Assembly (NCBI GenBank): GCA_030295235.1
Contig: AP026127.1
Coordinates: forward strand, 1,302,001-1,366,000
DNA length: 64,000 nt
Reading direction: 5' to 3'
Origin: Fistulifera solaris
Taxonomy: Eukaryota
Within the stretch, counting starts at the first letter, position 1, and every line of letters begins with the position of its first letter. The position numbers were made by a program, and so were the translations under genes. Shown here piece after piece: positions 24,062 to 37,014 of the stretch. Under the pieces are notes generated by a model. It ran no database searches. It saw only the letters and a program-made list of their open reading frames with translations, and had not been told where the DNA came from.

Positions 24062-27000
24062 ATGAAGCGACGCCGGATGCAATTTCACGCGTCTGTCGTG
24101 ATCGTTGTGATGCTTTTCCTTCACATTGCGACCGACGGCTTTGCGTTCTTTCACGCATATCCTTCATTCCGTCGAACATCAGCGCGATCCGCAACAAAAA
24201 CCTCTTCCAATACACAATTTTCGACACAAAATCAAACCGAAATCCTTTCTTCCTATCTTTCAATTTGCAAAAATCACGTCGCCATGTACAAGACACAAAC
24301 GACAACAATAAGCAACATTTACTCAAGCCCGCCAAGTCGTTTGCCTTTTTTCTGTCCTCTACCTATCAACTGACTAATGACGAAGATCCTATATTTGATC
24401 GCACTGTCATACAAGCGATTCGATTGGCTGCTTCATTGAACGATTATCGATTGATTCTACAAATAGTTCAACAGCTCGTCGATCGAGCACAGGAGGCTGG
24501 CGTATCCTTGCATCCACGGATCCTCGGAGAAGCCGTCCGTGGGTTGACTGCGACATCGGCGAGCGTCGGAAAGATACGAGCCGTATGGAATCATTCGCAA
24601 ATTGATTGTTGGAAACCGGCGGTGGGGCCACTGGAAGTCAATGCCATGTTGGAAGCTCTGTGTCAGCGCGGCAAAATCAAAGTCGCTCTGAATTTGTATC
24701 ACGCGGCAAGTCTCAGCAATGACACGGATTCTTATAGTTTGAGTATTCTGTTCAGAGGATTGGCTTCTTCTATACAAGATGAGAGTACTGCAGAAACGGA
24801 TGCCAGTTCCTTTTGGAAGAATACTACGACATCAATGATGCCCGTCGGTTCCGTCTGCTGGCAATGGAATCAAGCTTTGCTGTTGTTCGAATCCTTGTTA
24901 TTACATGAGGACGGAAAACTTGTCAGCAATCCTACAATTGCGGCTCTTTTGGAAATCAATCAACGAGCGAATCAAGTCTTTGGCCGTGTTCATGATGGAG
25001 CTACAAAAGCATCTCTATTATTTGATTTGTTTCAACTTCAGGGCATTCCGCTAGACGCCATAACTTGCACTGTGCTTATGTCGCAATTACAAACCGAGTG
25101 GAAAATAGCGCTTCATATTCTGCGAACGATGAATCAAACAAGTGCTGATCAACCAATCGGGCTTTTGCCGGAGCCAAATGCTCGTGTGTACTCGGCCTGC
25201 ATGGCGGTATGTGCACGGGCTGGGCGGTACGAAGAAACGTTGGAGCTTTTAGAGGACATCAAAATCAACCCTAGATTGAGCTGTGATCTAAATACCGTTA
25301 TGTTTAATTCCGTGCTTCAGGCTATGACAAAAAATGCTATTCAATCGAAACCAACACAAAGAAAACAGCGGTTGATGGATATGTTTGACATTTTCAATCA
25401 GATGAGTTCGGGTCATCAAGAAGGTAGTCACACCGTTCCAGATACTGTGACATACAATACTTTGCTCTCAGGAATAAGCATAAGCGCCACATCTATGGAT
25501 GCCGACGATTGGAAGTGCGTCAAAGTCGAGGGTCTAAACTTCGATACGACAGAGTGTTGCGGAGTTGAAAGTATCGTCCATCAGCTACTGAAGAAGATGA
25601 AGATAGAGGGTGTGGCTCGAGACGAGAGGACTTATGTGCACAGTCTTCAGGCAATGGCCGGGTTTTCAAATTTACACCTGGAAGATCTTCTATCGCTTGT
25701 GAAGCTCTCGGTCAGTGATGTGGGACATATTTTACGTGTATATAACGCGGCTTTAGCTGCTACCATTTCACTAAAGACTTCTCCATTGCAAGCAACACAA
25801 GAAATTTTATCGAAGATACTGCAAGCTGGCTTTTACGTCGATGGCGACACGATGATAATCTTGGTTGATGCATTGTGTGCGGCAAACGAGACGAAGAGCG
25901 TCACTTTTCTTTTCGAGGCTCTTCTCGGTGACGAAGATGCTCAACGTGCACTTGTTGAGCGTACTGGACTATTGATTCTTAGCTCACAAGCCAAGACGCC
26001 GGAGGTCGCCTTATACGCGGAGGCTATTTCTAAGTGTCTCCTGGTCGGTGAATATGAAACGGCAAGAAAACTACTTGATCAAGTAAGAAGCCGCAATCTT
26101 CTGTTAGAGGCCAAGACTCTGGAAATGATCGCTCAATCGTACGCTCTGTCTGCAATTACCACTGAACGAAAGACGAATCATCGAACTAAGAAAAATGGCT
26201 TTTTTGAAGCTTCGTTATCGAGGGCCGAAAGTGCTTTCTCACTTCTAGAAAATGTCGAAAAACCATCATTGGAAAGCCTGGCTTTGGTTTCGAAAGCATG
26301 TGTCGCGACCGGGCTTTTTGACCAATCTCAGATTTGTTTACGACAATCCCACAATCAGTTCCTCAAATCTTTTTCGTCACATCCCACCGCTTATGCAGAT
26401 TCTTCAAGCTATTTACGGTTGCATCGGCGCGACAGAAAGATCATTCAAAACATGCATTCGTCTCTTATGCGGTACTGCGCCAAAACAGGTAATATTGCTC
26501 TCGCGCTTCGTATATGCGAGAATATTCAGAGCCTCGCTGCGCACATCGCATCGTTGGAGTCTCCAAACCATAGTTCTCATTTTTCAAAGGCCATGCCGGG
26601 ACTTTTAGAGACTCAGCTTGAGGAAGTAATGCCCGTGTCTCGAGATTATTTAGGAATGAACTTGCGTGAGTGGAAATGGCTAATACAAGCGGCAGCGAGA
26701 GCTGGTCATTGGAAACTGTGCTTGTCTACGTTTCAAATGCTTCGACCGTATGTTGAATTTTACCACAAAGATGACTCCTCCAGCCGGCTCGGGCATGAGA
26801 AACAATTTGATTCAATTCACGTGAAAAATTACAATGTTCTTTGCAGTGCGATCGGAATAACAATTTCGTGTCTAAGCGAAAATCACCAGCCTGCTTGGGT
26901 GGTACGGAGCATCGACGACTGGATACTGTGGAGCGGACACAAGCCACCGCACGAAGCTGTAATAAAAGCCGTGCGTCTTCTTTCAAACAAAGGTCAACAC

Positions 27001-27630
27001 AATTCAGTAGCTAGCCTCCTGTCAAAATCGATATCTGCTGGCTTCGAAGAAGATCCAACGTACGAGATTAGATTGGTGGTTGGGGCAATCTCAACTCTTT
27101 ACAGAGACGGGCATTACGTGGCTGCTGATGACATATTCCTTTTGGCTGTTACAAATGGATGGATCCCATTCGACTTAAAACGGCAACATGTTGACGGTGG
27201 CGCCCTAGTTTTGGATCTCCATGGGATGAATTTACCAATGGCACATTCCGCTGTCAGGATTGCATTCCAGCAAGGACTGCTCACGGATATATGGCCTAAT
27301 AATGATAAGTCCGTGAATGATTTGGTGATTGTTACCGGCCGAGGTCGCAATTCTGCATTAAAAATGCGCCCAATATTGAGGCCCGCTGTACAGCGAATGC
27401 TTGTTGAAGAGTTTTACCCTCCCATTGGAACAACATCTATACCTGGTAATATGGGAGCTTTGCGCATTTCTTCTGAGGATATTCGCGCTTGGTTAGAATT
27501 TCAGCGTCAGCAAAAAGGGGCGAGAATGATTGAAGTCGCTACTGCTTTGAAGAAGCTTTCATCAGGATCTGCTCTGAAGGCCATTCTTCGTTCCGCGAAA
27601 AAGACCGACACCAACCGAAGAGATATTTAG
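24062..27630 (+). CDS. PPR-SMR protein (pentatricopeptide repeats plus C-terminal Smr domain), probably plastid-targeted
   Basis: PPR-like helices (PNARVYSACMAVCARAG, PDTVTYNTLLSG), Smr motifs LDLHGM and IVTGRG.NS. A signal peptide ending ATDG-FAF plus an S/T/R-rich transit segment lies in the overlapping ORF 24062-24373 (frameshift ~24270). Confidence 0.85.
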
Positions 27631-28100
27631 CCGGTGCTACGGACAGCATGGTTGCTAACCGTGGCGAATGCTTTAGAGTGCCGACGGGCTAGCAGCTACG
27701 AGTTTTGCTACACAAACACCTGCTTTCAAGCACCAATAAGTCGTTGCTCAAAACTGTAAAACAGTTGCTTCGACCACATGCCTCGTTTAGGAGTGCAGTC
27801 GCCGAAATATCGACACCAGGTACACGTTTTGTACTGCCGACTTCCGTCGCTTCGAGTTTTTCCTAAGTTGTTCAATCGGCCGATCCAAGACAACAGTGTC
27901 ATTTGAAATCGCCCATGCCCAGTCTCATTTCTACACAAAAGCATTAAGAAGATGGTTCATGATCGTCTTTCACGCCGCAATACACGATCGAATTCTCTTT
28001 TGCGCTGTTTACTCGGTAATTCAATACATTATATTATATTATTAGACATCTACACAATACGGGACCGCATATGTTTGCGTTCGGGAGGCATCCAAAGTTT

Positions 28101-28751
28101 CTAATGTGAAAACAATCGATTGGACGATCCGCTACCTTTCTTCGAGTTTTTGGGGGTGCCAAAGATGCGCCCAAACGATACTTTACGACCCTCCAATCGT
28201 CGCGATGCGCGACGTCCGTTGCGCGTGACCGATCCCAGAGCCTCATACTTCGAAGACTGAATGGATTGACGCGGGGTCTTGGGGGTGACATTGCCGCCGA
28301 CTGAATCGGGCGCCTTCGCTACGTCCGATGGAGGCACGGGGACGCTCCCCGCAGAGACCATTTCCAGTTCGAGCTTGCCAACTTGAGCGGTTGCATCCGC
28401 AACGGCCGGCGCAACGGCGGGAACGCTCCCCGACGAGACCGTTTGAAGCTCGGCCTTGCGAGGAGTTGAAGACAAGGGACTGCTTTGTATTTCTCCAGTA
28501 ATCGTGCTCGCATCAGACACAAGCTGGCCTCGCGTGTAGTAGCAAAGAAAGAAAACTGAAAAACAAATCGATGCATTGATAATACCAGAAATATAAACGA
28601 TGAGGGCCTGTCGAAGAGTCAAAAGTTACATGATTCTGAGAGGTCCAACAAATAACGCACGAACGTCGATTTGAAGACTTACCAACAACAAATCGAATTT
28701 CGCCTCATAATCAGCGGGGCACGCTTGAATGCACTCCATGGATGTTGTCAT
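28101..28751 (-). CDS. Small single-pass membrane protein with A/P/V/S-rich repeats and basic C-terminus (copy 1)
   Basis: Exon 1 28683-28751 (MTTSMECIQACPADYEAKFDLLL), GTAAGT...CAG intron, TM helix, EL..VS.GSVP repeats, GSVTRNGRRASRRLE motif. Confidence 0.7.
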
Positions 28752-29068
28752 TTTTCAATGTCACTGCTGCAAGAGGTGTGGATCGTCGACAGCATTTATT
28801 TATGAAAGATGGGTGAGACACGAAGAAAGGGCTTTTGCGGAAACGCTACAATTGCGCGAGCTGTTGAAAGTTGACGCCGACGCGCGCCCGCGCGCGACGT
28901 TCTCGGCGCCCGTTCGTGACTAAACGACGACACGAAACGTATTCATTCGATCGAAACTTTTTGCAAAATCAGTTGAACAAGGTTCTCATAACTTCAAGGC
29001 ATTCCTTTTATAAAGGAAACAACAGCGTATTTGCAAGCATACCAGGTAGTTGCTATCAACGAAAAGTC

Positions 29069-30261
29069 ATGCGAACAACTCGACAATCCGTTCGAAAAAG
29101 ATTGAAAATCGACCCAAACCGCAACACGTTGTGATTGCTGGGGCTGGCATTACAGGATTGTCAACAGCTTACTACCTGGCTACGAAATACAATATACGAT
29201 CCGTCCTCGTTGATTGGAGTGGAACGATTGCTCCGGGTGCATCGGGGAAAGCGGCCGGGTTCTTGGCCCGCCACTGGTCCGATGGGACTCTTACGGAACA
29301 ATTGTCGCATCGATCCTTTGATCTACATCAAGAGCTGGCGGATGCGTTTGGAGCAAATTCGATACAGTACAGAAGGTTAACATGTGTGTCAGTCAACCAA
29401 TCTACCAAAATGAAGAAGCTAAAACGAGCAACAGAGAGCAGTAATACGGTTAAACTCGAATGGTTGGATCGCGACAGCAATGAACTATTCATTCGGAGTG
29501 TGCAAGATATGGGCAACGAAACCAACATTGCGCAGGTAACACCCAAGCTTTTGTGCGCAAAATTGTGGGAAGAAGTGCAAAGAAGGGGAGGCGTCCTGGT
29601 GAAGGGTAGAGTCACGAATGCGGTTCATGATGACGAAACTGGGAATTTTATTGGAGCTAAGTTAGATGATGGTCGAACGGTCCCTGGTGACGCATTGCTG
29701 TACGCCTGCGGCCCTTGGTCGGCAAACATCATGTACGGCATCAAAGGCCATGCTGTAACGATTCCGACCGAAAGAACTCTCAGTCAGGTTGTTTTCTTTT
29801 ATAACGACGACGAAGATGATGACGGAGGCACGGAATGTGAAGTGTATGTGAGACCGAACAACACGGCCTTTTGCACCGCACTAGCTGGTGAAATTAAACT
29901 AGTCACAGAAGAGCCCGGCAAAGAAACCGTCGAAACGGATGTGATTGATGGGGTACTAGAAGCCGTACGCGGGTGCTCCGGAACAGAGGGTTTGTTGTGT
30001 GGTGATCCAGTACTTCAATCCGCTTGCTACCAACCCGTTACATCTGACTTTTTACCAGTGATTGGAGCTTTATCAAAAGAGGAAGCGGGGGGAGAGAGTT
30101 GTTACATGGCAAGTGGCAACAATTGCTGGGGAATACTCTGGGGTCCCGCTACTGGGGAATGCATCGCTGATCTGATTGCCACTGGTACGACTCGACTGAA
30201 TATTAGAAATTTCAATCCATCGCGATTTCCTGACCTGAAGCCAGTGCCACATAATAACTAA
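29069..30261 (+). CDS. FAD-dependent oxidoreductase (DAO/glycine-oxidase family, TDA3-like)
   Basis: VVIAGAGITG Rossmann motif, GASGKAAGFL, ACGPWS, ASGNNCWGILWGPATG. ATG 29069 joins the long ORF via an A-run frameshift near 29117. Confidence 0.9.
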
Positions 30262-31083
30262 AGGCACCGGGTAACATATTGGCGAGATGGAGTGCGAGTG
30301 AGAAGAGAACGCAGAGCGCCTGCTCTGGATACTATTGATAACCCGCTCTAGCAAGTGCTTTTCGTGAAGGCGAAAGAAGGATCGCAACAATATTTATAAA
30401 TCTCCGCGGAAACACTGACTTGAAGCCCGACTTGGTGTCATGATTAGTGGGGACGACGTTAGCAGAAGACATCCTGAAGCACTACTAATAAATCGCATTG
30501 AGGTTCTCACATCAAATGGACGCGTTGTAAAGTTTGATTGTGTATTCCGAATCGGACGAAACAGGAGGCTTATGCTCCTCGCGTAAAAATCCCTCTCATA
30601 ATAGAATAACGAAACGAAAACTATAGTTATGCAAATCCGCCACACACAATGATGCAGTTCATTGATACCATAGGAAGACCCATAAAGAGGCGGAGACTAT
30701 GCATTATCAAGTGACTCTCCCTTCCGTAAAAGCAACGTGGACGTATGCACAACGGAATTGCATTTCATTTCTGGGACATCGCTCACGCGCAAACATGGGC
30801 ACCATCATGATTGTTTTAATCTTCGACGAACGTTTTTCATTGCGCGAAAGACTGAAGAGACTAATTTATATTCGTCGTAAAACCAACCCCTACATATCAG
30901 TATCCACACCCTAAACCGTAAATGCATAGAAAGGGAATACGAGCCATCACCGTCCCTCGATAAACAGATTTCACTCGAATGACCTTTGTCTTTCTCCCCA
31001 ACAGTTTTTATTTTCCTTTTTTACATACATCGACAAAATCTAATTTGTCGACTCTCTCTATTTCTCGTGTTCCCATTCTCGAT

Positions 31084-31440
31084 CTACCGCGCTTCAAATT
31101 GAATTACTGTGATAAGTATCAAAGTAAAAGGGCAATGACGAGTGAGATAAAGCGTGGGCTCGAGGGAAAGAGCTCGGCCATCAAAACGAATCGCCAAACA
31201 GTCCTTCTTCTCTACAATTTCACGAGACACGTCACAACAAAGACCAATAAACTCACATCGTTTCGTACGAATCTTGTACAAAATTCGAAAACCACACTGG
31301 CGGCATCGCACTGGATCGCCTCCTTTGATGTTATTCAACGAGCCGCAATCCCCGCAACGATATTCGACACCTCGCTGAATGGGTGCCGGAGCGGCCGGTG
31401 CACCGCCGTTTGTGGACATTGTTGCCGCCGGGGAGCTCAT
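31084..31440 (-). CDS. RPB12: RNA polymerases I/II/III shared subunit RPABC4 (Rpb12)
   Basis: YRCGDCG...[20 protein letters not shown] zinc ribbon; intron 31107-31256 (GTGAGT...ACAG); last exon LIQFEAR*. Confidence 0.95.
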   Translation of the reverse strand: MSSPAATMSTNGGAPAAPAPIQRGVEYRCGDCGSLNNIKGGDPVRCRQCGFRILYKIRTKRCEFIGLCCDVSREIVEKKDCLAIRFDGRALSLEPTLYLTRHCPFTLILITVIQFEAR

Positions 31441-31809
31441 GTTGCTATTTTGTTGTTTATATAGATGAATAGGAATGAAATAAAATGAATTGGGTATGAA
31501 TGACAGCAAATCTCTGCTTTGTTCTTTGTTTGCTTTCTCGTTGGCTGCGCGCTTACGATCTTTCCTCGTACAACAGCCAGACCGCAAAGAGAGATTGTGA
31601 CGTCGACTCTCTGAATGAAATAGTACCTACTTTAGTATCTACACCGTCCGTAATATTAGATAGAACCTTTCTGTTTTTCGCCAAGAGTTTATCTCAAATG
31701 CTACCGAGGTATTTTTATAGGTAAAAGTCTCTTTTATCATGGATATAATATCGTTGACGCAGCGTGGGAAAGCATTGAAATAATGTCTGCTAGATGGATT
31801 TCATTCATT

Positions 31810-32156
31810 GTGTGTGTGTCAACCAACCTGGCTCCAACGGGCGATGCCAGACCAGAGATATCAACCCTCACGGGGACGTCTGCAATCTGACAACATAGAC
31901 CCATCTAGCCTCTTTACTACTAAATTGATTATACTACATTACTACGGAATCCGAACGCCCATCTCCCAGCAGAAAGCAGATCCTCAACCCAGTAGAAGCG
32001 TTGTGTAAACGGCGGAAATTAAAGCAGAACACCACATTTGCCACGTGTGGTGGTGGTGGCGAGGGAGGATTCGATATCAGTTTCTTTCGCCCGACTCGAA
32101 CTCCCAACCCCCCGACGACGAAAGCCTTGGGGTTACCACTGGGCCACGGAGTGACC
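31810..32156 (-). mobile_element. tRNA-derived SINE, 347 bp, with 10-bp target-site duplication
   Basis: Minus strand begins GGTCACTCCG; A box TGGCCCAGTGG (32146-32136), B box GTTCGAGTC (32101-32093), (AC)n tail; TTCATTCATT repeated at 31800-31809 and 32157-32166. Confidence 0.8.
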
Positions 32157-32420
32157 TTCATTCATTATTGTCCATTGGGTCAGTTGTCTTTCTCTAACTC
32201 GATTAGGGATTCGGTTCTCTTGTATAAATTCGTGACTGACCAGAAAAAGTAATCTACTATTTGTATCATAGTAAACTGCGGAGTCTTGATTCCTGCACCA
32301 ACGCCACGCAAGGCCTAAAGCTACGAAAGAACGTTACTGGTACAGGATTAATTCATTGAAGTTACCAACTTACTTGAATGCTTTGAAATCGATAGCTATT
32401 TTTGAAGCCACATTACTAAA

Positions 32421-33374
32421 TTAGTTCACTAAAACGGTCGATTCGAGCCTTTCCAAGCGACTTTCAGCTTCTCTCATGTTGACCGAAATGGTTTGAACTT
32501 TACCTGTAAGCATAACTAGACCTGCTTTCGCACCAGGTGGCTTTTTAATGTCTCGACATCGTGTCAAAGAAACTTTAATGACGCTCCCTTGACACTTGGA
32601 CTGTCGCGCGGCCAGAGAGGCAGCGTCTTGAAGAACTTCATTGTCGGGCATTCTATCCTCCGGCCACCGAATAACCACATGACTTCCGGGACAACCCGAA
32701 GCATGCATCCACCAGTCGGATCCGTCCCGATACTTCGGGTTCAACGAGAGTTCATCATTATCTTCGGCCTTCTTACCGACACGAATTTCCGTACCATCTA
32801 ACGAATAGTAGCGCCGATACGGTTTGCGACTCGTGTCTTGCGTCCGAGGGCCTTTTGGTTTGGGCGGACCCCTCGGTATGCGTGCGGGAGGGTGATCGTT
32901 GACGCCCAATTGCACAGCAAGGGTCGCTATGTCGAGTGGCAACACCGTGTCCTTTTTGTTTTTGACATTTCCCAACATTGACTCCAATTGATTCAAGCCC
33001 TCCAAACGAACTTGTAACTCATTTAGTTCGAATTCCAAGCTTTCTACGTCAGGGCATTCTTCCAATCGTTCGAGTGGCGTATTTGGTGTCGTCAGTAACT
33101 CTTCAACCTGCTCTTTCGCTTTCGTCAGTCGTTGACTCGCTTTTCCTATTTTCTTATGTGACCGTGTAATCAACCGATTCACTTCCTTTTTTAAGCCGGC
33201 AATATCCCACGTACTGTCGATTGTTTTTGAATCTTGTGTGTCATTGATATTGTAATCATCATCGTCAGTCGTCGATAAAAACAAGTGTCGACTAAAGAAG
33301 CGGTGTTGTTGGCTTATAGGTGTAGTCGATGGTGAAACTGCAAAAGAATACTTTGTTCGAGAGGAGGATAACAA
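32421..33374 (-). CDS. NFACT RNA-binding (DUF814) domain protein with coiled coil; probable organelle presequence
   Basis: IRVGKKAEDNDELS, DWWMHASGCPGSHVVI, DAASLAARQSK, IKKPPGAKAGLV. The true start is probably further upstream (~33480-33530) across a frameshift. Confidence 0.85.
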   Translation of the reverse strand: MLSSSRTKYSFAVSPSTTPISQQHRFFSRHLFLSTTDDDDYNINDTQDSKTIDSTWDIAGLKKEVNRLITRSHKKIGKASQRLTKAKEQVEELLTTPNTPLERLEECPDVESLEFELNELQVRLEGLNQLESMLGNVKNKKDTVLPLDIATLAVQLGVNDHPPARIPRGPPKPKGPRTQDTSRKPYRRYYSLDGTEIRVGKKAEDNDELSLNPKYRDGSDWWMHASGCPGSHVVIRWPEDRMPDNEVLQDAASLAARQSKCQGSVIKVSLTRCRDIKKPPGAKAGLVMLTGKVQTISVNMREAESRLERLESTVLVN

Positions 33375-33702
33375 AGAAGCGCTAAAACAGCGACTCAGAG
33401 TGACGCCCGGAGATGACCAAGCAAAAGCACCGCGTAAAATACCTCCCTCCGCCTCGTCGACAAAACACGGAAAAGGCCATGAAGAATTCGATAATGATTT
33501 TATGACGAAAACGCTTTGAAAATGACATGAAATTTAATTGTGATGAGAAGTAAAGTAAAGCTTAATGGGATTTCGACAAGACAGGAGCGATAAATGAATG
33601 AGTTTTAGTAATCAACACTCGTCGCTTGCTTCAGAGTCGTCCAGCGCAATAATAGGCGCAAATGAAATAATAATGATGTGGTGTCGTTTATTGCAATCAA
33701 AT

Positions 33703-33815
33703 TCACAGAAAATCTGGGTGTGTGGTAACTCTACTCTCCCAGAAAATCTGGGAATGTGGTAACTTCAAGTACACAGAAAATCTGGGGATGCTGCTAGGTG
33801 CACAGAAAATCGTGA
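33703..33815. repeat. Short array of 4 x ~30-bp units with CAGAAAATCTGGG core (related to the palindromic satellite)
   Basis: CAGAAAATC at ~33706, 33740, 33774 and 33803; TGTGGTAACT repeated twice. Confidence 0.7.
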
Positions 33816-34334
33816 AATACAAGTAGACATTCGAAGCGTTGTATGCTTGCCCTGTTCTGCGTTTGGTGTTCCAAGTAATGTCCATTCTTGTTAAGAGGTT
33901 TCATAAATGTATGTTGATGCATGTTTTGATCTTGGATGACCTGAGACCTATTCAAAGCGACCGATTTCCATTATAGACGATGTCTTTCGTCACGAAACCC
34001 TACACTTAATGATGTTACGCCTTCGTTTGGTTCAACGCCCGTTCGGGAAAAGGCGACGTCACTCTGTCTTCACAGAACGACGTCGATGGCTAAGGTCGAG
34101 GCCACAACTATCTCGAAGATCTCCGCAATATTTGTTTAGCTAGTTGACACGTAAAAAATAAAGCAAGGTTGCCTGATTGGGCACTTGAATAGGTAGACAA
34201 GTAACGCCTTATTTTGCAAGAACTAAACCAGTACTTAAACTAACGTATTGTTCTTGGATCAATCACACATAACACCCGCACACGTAGAAACATAAAGCGC
34301 GCACATTCATTCACAAACACTTCACTAACTGTGC

Positions 34335-34834
34335 TTACTGCTCAACAGTGACAGCAGGGTTGGAACCGTGTTCATCCGAAGGGACCGTCTTGAGCGGAGT
34401 CGTTGACGGTTCTACCACAGGGGCCGGTGCAACGGGGTGGGTTCTACCACCGGGGCAGATTGCGCTGCCGAAGTAGCTGCAGTCGGTGTCGCAGGCTTGA
34501 CGGAGGACTTGTTCGTTTCAATCTTCTTCTTGGCCTCTACCGTGTTGCCTTCAATGACATCTTCATGCTCTTTGATCTGACGTTCCAGCTCGGCAATATC
34601 TTTCTGAGCTGTCTCGAGTACCAACTTCAAGTCTTCTTCGTTCGCACCTTTTTTCATCTTAGTCAAATAGTCGACACCGAAAGTCTTCTTTCGGGATTCG
34701 AGATCGAATTTGAGCTTTTGAATCAAGGCCTTCTCTTTGGTGTTTTTGCCGCATGCCAAAGTACTCGCCCAGCAATTGTTCATGGACACTTTCATTTTGT
34801 CCATGTTGGATGGTTCGTTACTAGTAGAAGTCAT
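34335..34834 (-). CDS. Small coiled-coil hypothetical protein with P/A/T-rich tail
   Basis: 140-aa ORF with heptad region; one extra C near 34436 extends it through a second APVVEP repeat to TAA at 34335. Confidence 0.7.
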
Positions 34835-35210
34835 GGTGAATTGCTTGATAAGGTCAGTTGAGGATAAAGAAGTATCGTCTCTTGTTTGTTTTCAAGAGAG
34901 ATCGTAATAAATCGTCGCAAGCTGTTGAATGTCAAAGGTGAGAAAACGAATGGGGTTCGCATGTTTCTGCAGTTCCGAATGAAACAAGACACGCGGAAGT
35001 CAATCGAGGATTTATTGCGTGTAGAATGCAGTACAAATTCTACACGAAGAGGAACGCGTGTCGCACTGCGCACGTCATGTTTACACGACTCAACTTCAAT
35101 GCCGTAAAAAGTAAAAGCAAGCGGGAACGTTATCAGCCCGTGACTGACTCAATATCCTTTACCGTTTAGTACTGTCTGACAGTCGCCCGACTTGACAATG
35201 ACAAAAGGCA

Positions 35211-35474
35211 AATAATAATAATACTGGTAATAATAATTCAATGTTATATTTTAAGTCCTATCCACGTTGTAGGTGAGTACGTATTTCAGTAAACCGCTAG
35301 AACTGATTCAGACTGGTTGCCTCAAGAGACATCCGCTGGCTGACCGGGAACCACCCCCAAGATTCTCATCTACGGCGCGGAACGCCACCAAGATCAAATC
35401 GATCCACTACCGTATCGAACCCAGCCCCTCCACAAACGAACCTGGAGAGTAACCATCTGTGCTACTCAGACGGT
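35211..35474 (-). mobile_element. Second tRNA-headed SINE-like (or Pol III ncRNA) element
   Basis: A-box-like TAGCACAGATGG (35464-35453), B box GGGTTCGATAC (35422-35412), stem CTCCA...TGGAG between them, (TTA)n tail; no TSD found. Confidence 0.5.
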
Positions 35475-35689
35475 AAACCCATCATGCACCGCTCCGTTCT
35501 TCCTTACATTTTTTTTATCGTCATCGGGTCATCGTCCTAACGATTCATTCGATCAACAAGAGAAGACACTGTAGTGACTACAATACCAGGCAGAAGGTAA
35601 CGATGCTGATAACACGTCGACGGTAATAGCGATCGACGCTCACAAAGATCTTCTGCGTCGACTGGATGGGATGATTAGGATCTTTCGAA

Positions 35690-36670
35690 TGTGAAACCAC
35701 TCCCCCAACTTCCTCCTTTTCCTCAAACTCGTCTTCGACGCACCCTTCCCCGCAGAGGCACAATCATCGACAATAATTGCAATTCCGGACGAAACGAAAG
35801 ATCTCCCTACGGAAAGAATAATCGACGCAACAAATACGAAAACCACCAGAAATCGAGCAAACCGAATAACGACCGCAAAATTATTATGAGAGCATTGAAA
35901 GGCGCTGGATTCGTTCACTTGTACGGCTTGGCGCCTTAAATACATTGCGAGCTCGAAAGAGGGATTTGTATTCGTCCGAAGGATTGACTAGAAAGCCGAC
36001 GAGGTGCAGCACAAATGTTACAGCGCGAACGCAAATCAGAAGCGCAATTCAGCCCCTGGCTACTTGTGCAAGAAACAAAAGGGTACGACAAACCGGGTCC
36101 GGTGACAAACAGTTGAAAGCCGAAGAAGTCTGAGAACTGGTCAAATCACGTAATTTCCCCTTCGCGTATGTTGACAAAGGTGTCCCTACTACACTTTCGA
36201 GTGACCGACCTCATCAAGGGTTTGTATTGTACATTCTTCTTTGAGTCGATTTCTCGGATACCATATCCAGTAGCATCGAATGACGACGACACACCCAATC
36301 TTGGTTGGTGCTGGATGAACTTGTAAATCCACAAAATTTTGGTGCCTTGATCCGTTCGGCATACTTTATAGGCGGATTCAAAATTGGTCTCGTGGTGTGT
36401 GCGAAGAACTTGGCACTCCCGCCACCGGTTGTGAGTGCGGCAAGTGCGGGAGCATTGGAACTTCTCGATGTCGTATTTAGTATGAACAGTCTACCGAAGA
36501 CTTTAGGGAATGCGCGAGAAGATGGATTTCGTATCATGGAAGCTACCCTTCCGAGGTTCCGACGAGTGACGCCGTCATGTATTGTTTGGAACAGCTCCCC
36601 GTATTAAAGGAACCGATTATTGTGGTACTCATTAAATGCGAGCGTTATAGGTGGCATTCTGATGTGGTAA
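35690..36670 (+). pseudogene. Decayed SpoU/TrmH-family rRNA 2'-O-methyltransferase (MRM1/RlmB-like)
   Basis: Fragments HLYGLAP, DRPHQGFVL, WLVLDELVNPQNFGALIRSA, VVSAASAGALE, PIIVVL, SLNASVIGGIL in different frames with stops; the GxEG motif region is absent. Confidence 0.75.
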
Positions 36671-37014
36671 TTGCTGAGGGCCATGGACCCACAGACGCCG
36701 AGGCGCATTAAAAAAGATAAATTCGAAAGGAAGTGTTTTTTTATCGTGCCGCCACAAGTGCACTTTGCCTCCTTCACGAATACCATTAATGCACCTGTTA
36801 GCGATGAACGGCTGAGTTATAATCGCTAGAGAGCGTACAAAAAATGACTACTTAAATCTCTTTGCGCTGCTGTCTCCGTAATTCAACATATTTTTATTAC
36901 AATAATGAATAGACGTGTTCACGGGACCGCAAATGTCTGCATGCGAGAGCATCCAGTGCCTCTCGAATCGCGTTCTTTTGTTGAATACAATCAACTGGAC
37001 AATCTGCTACTACT

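Noticed and set aside
32085..32156. Possible tRNA gene
   Set aside because: A and B boxes are present, but no acceptor stem or proper T-stem closes; the TSD and tail fit a SINE.
33985..34120. Two short hairpins preceded by ATGATG (snoRNA-like)
   Set aside because: No canonical C/D or H/ACA box pair; stems are short enough to be chance.
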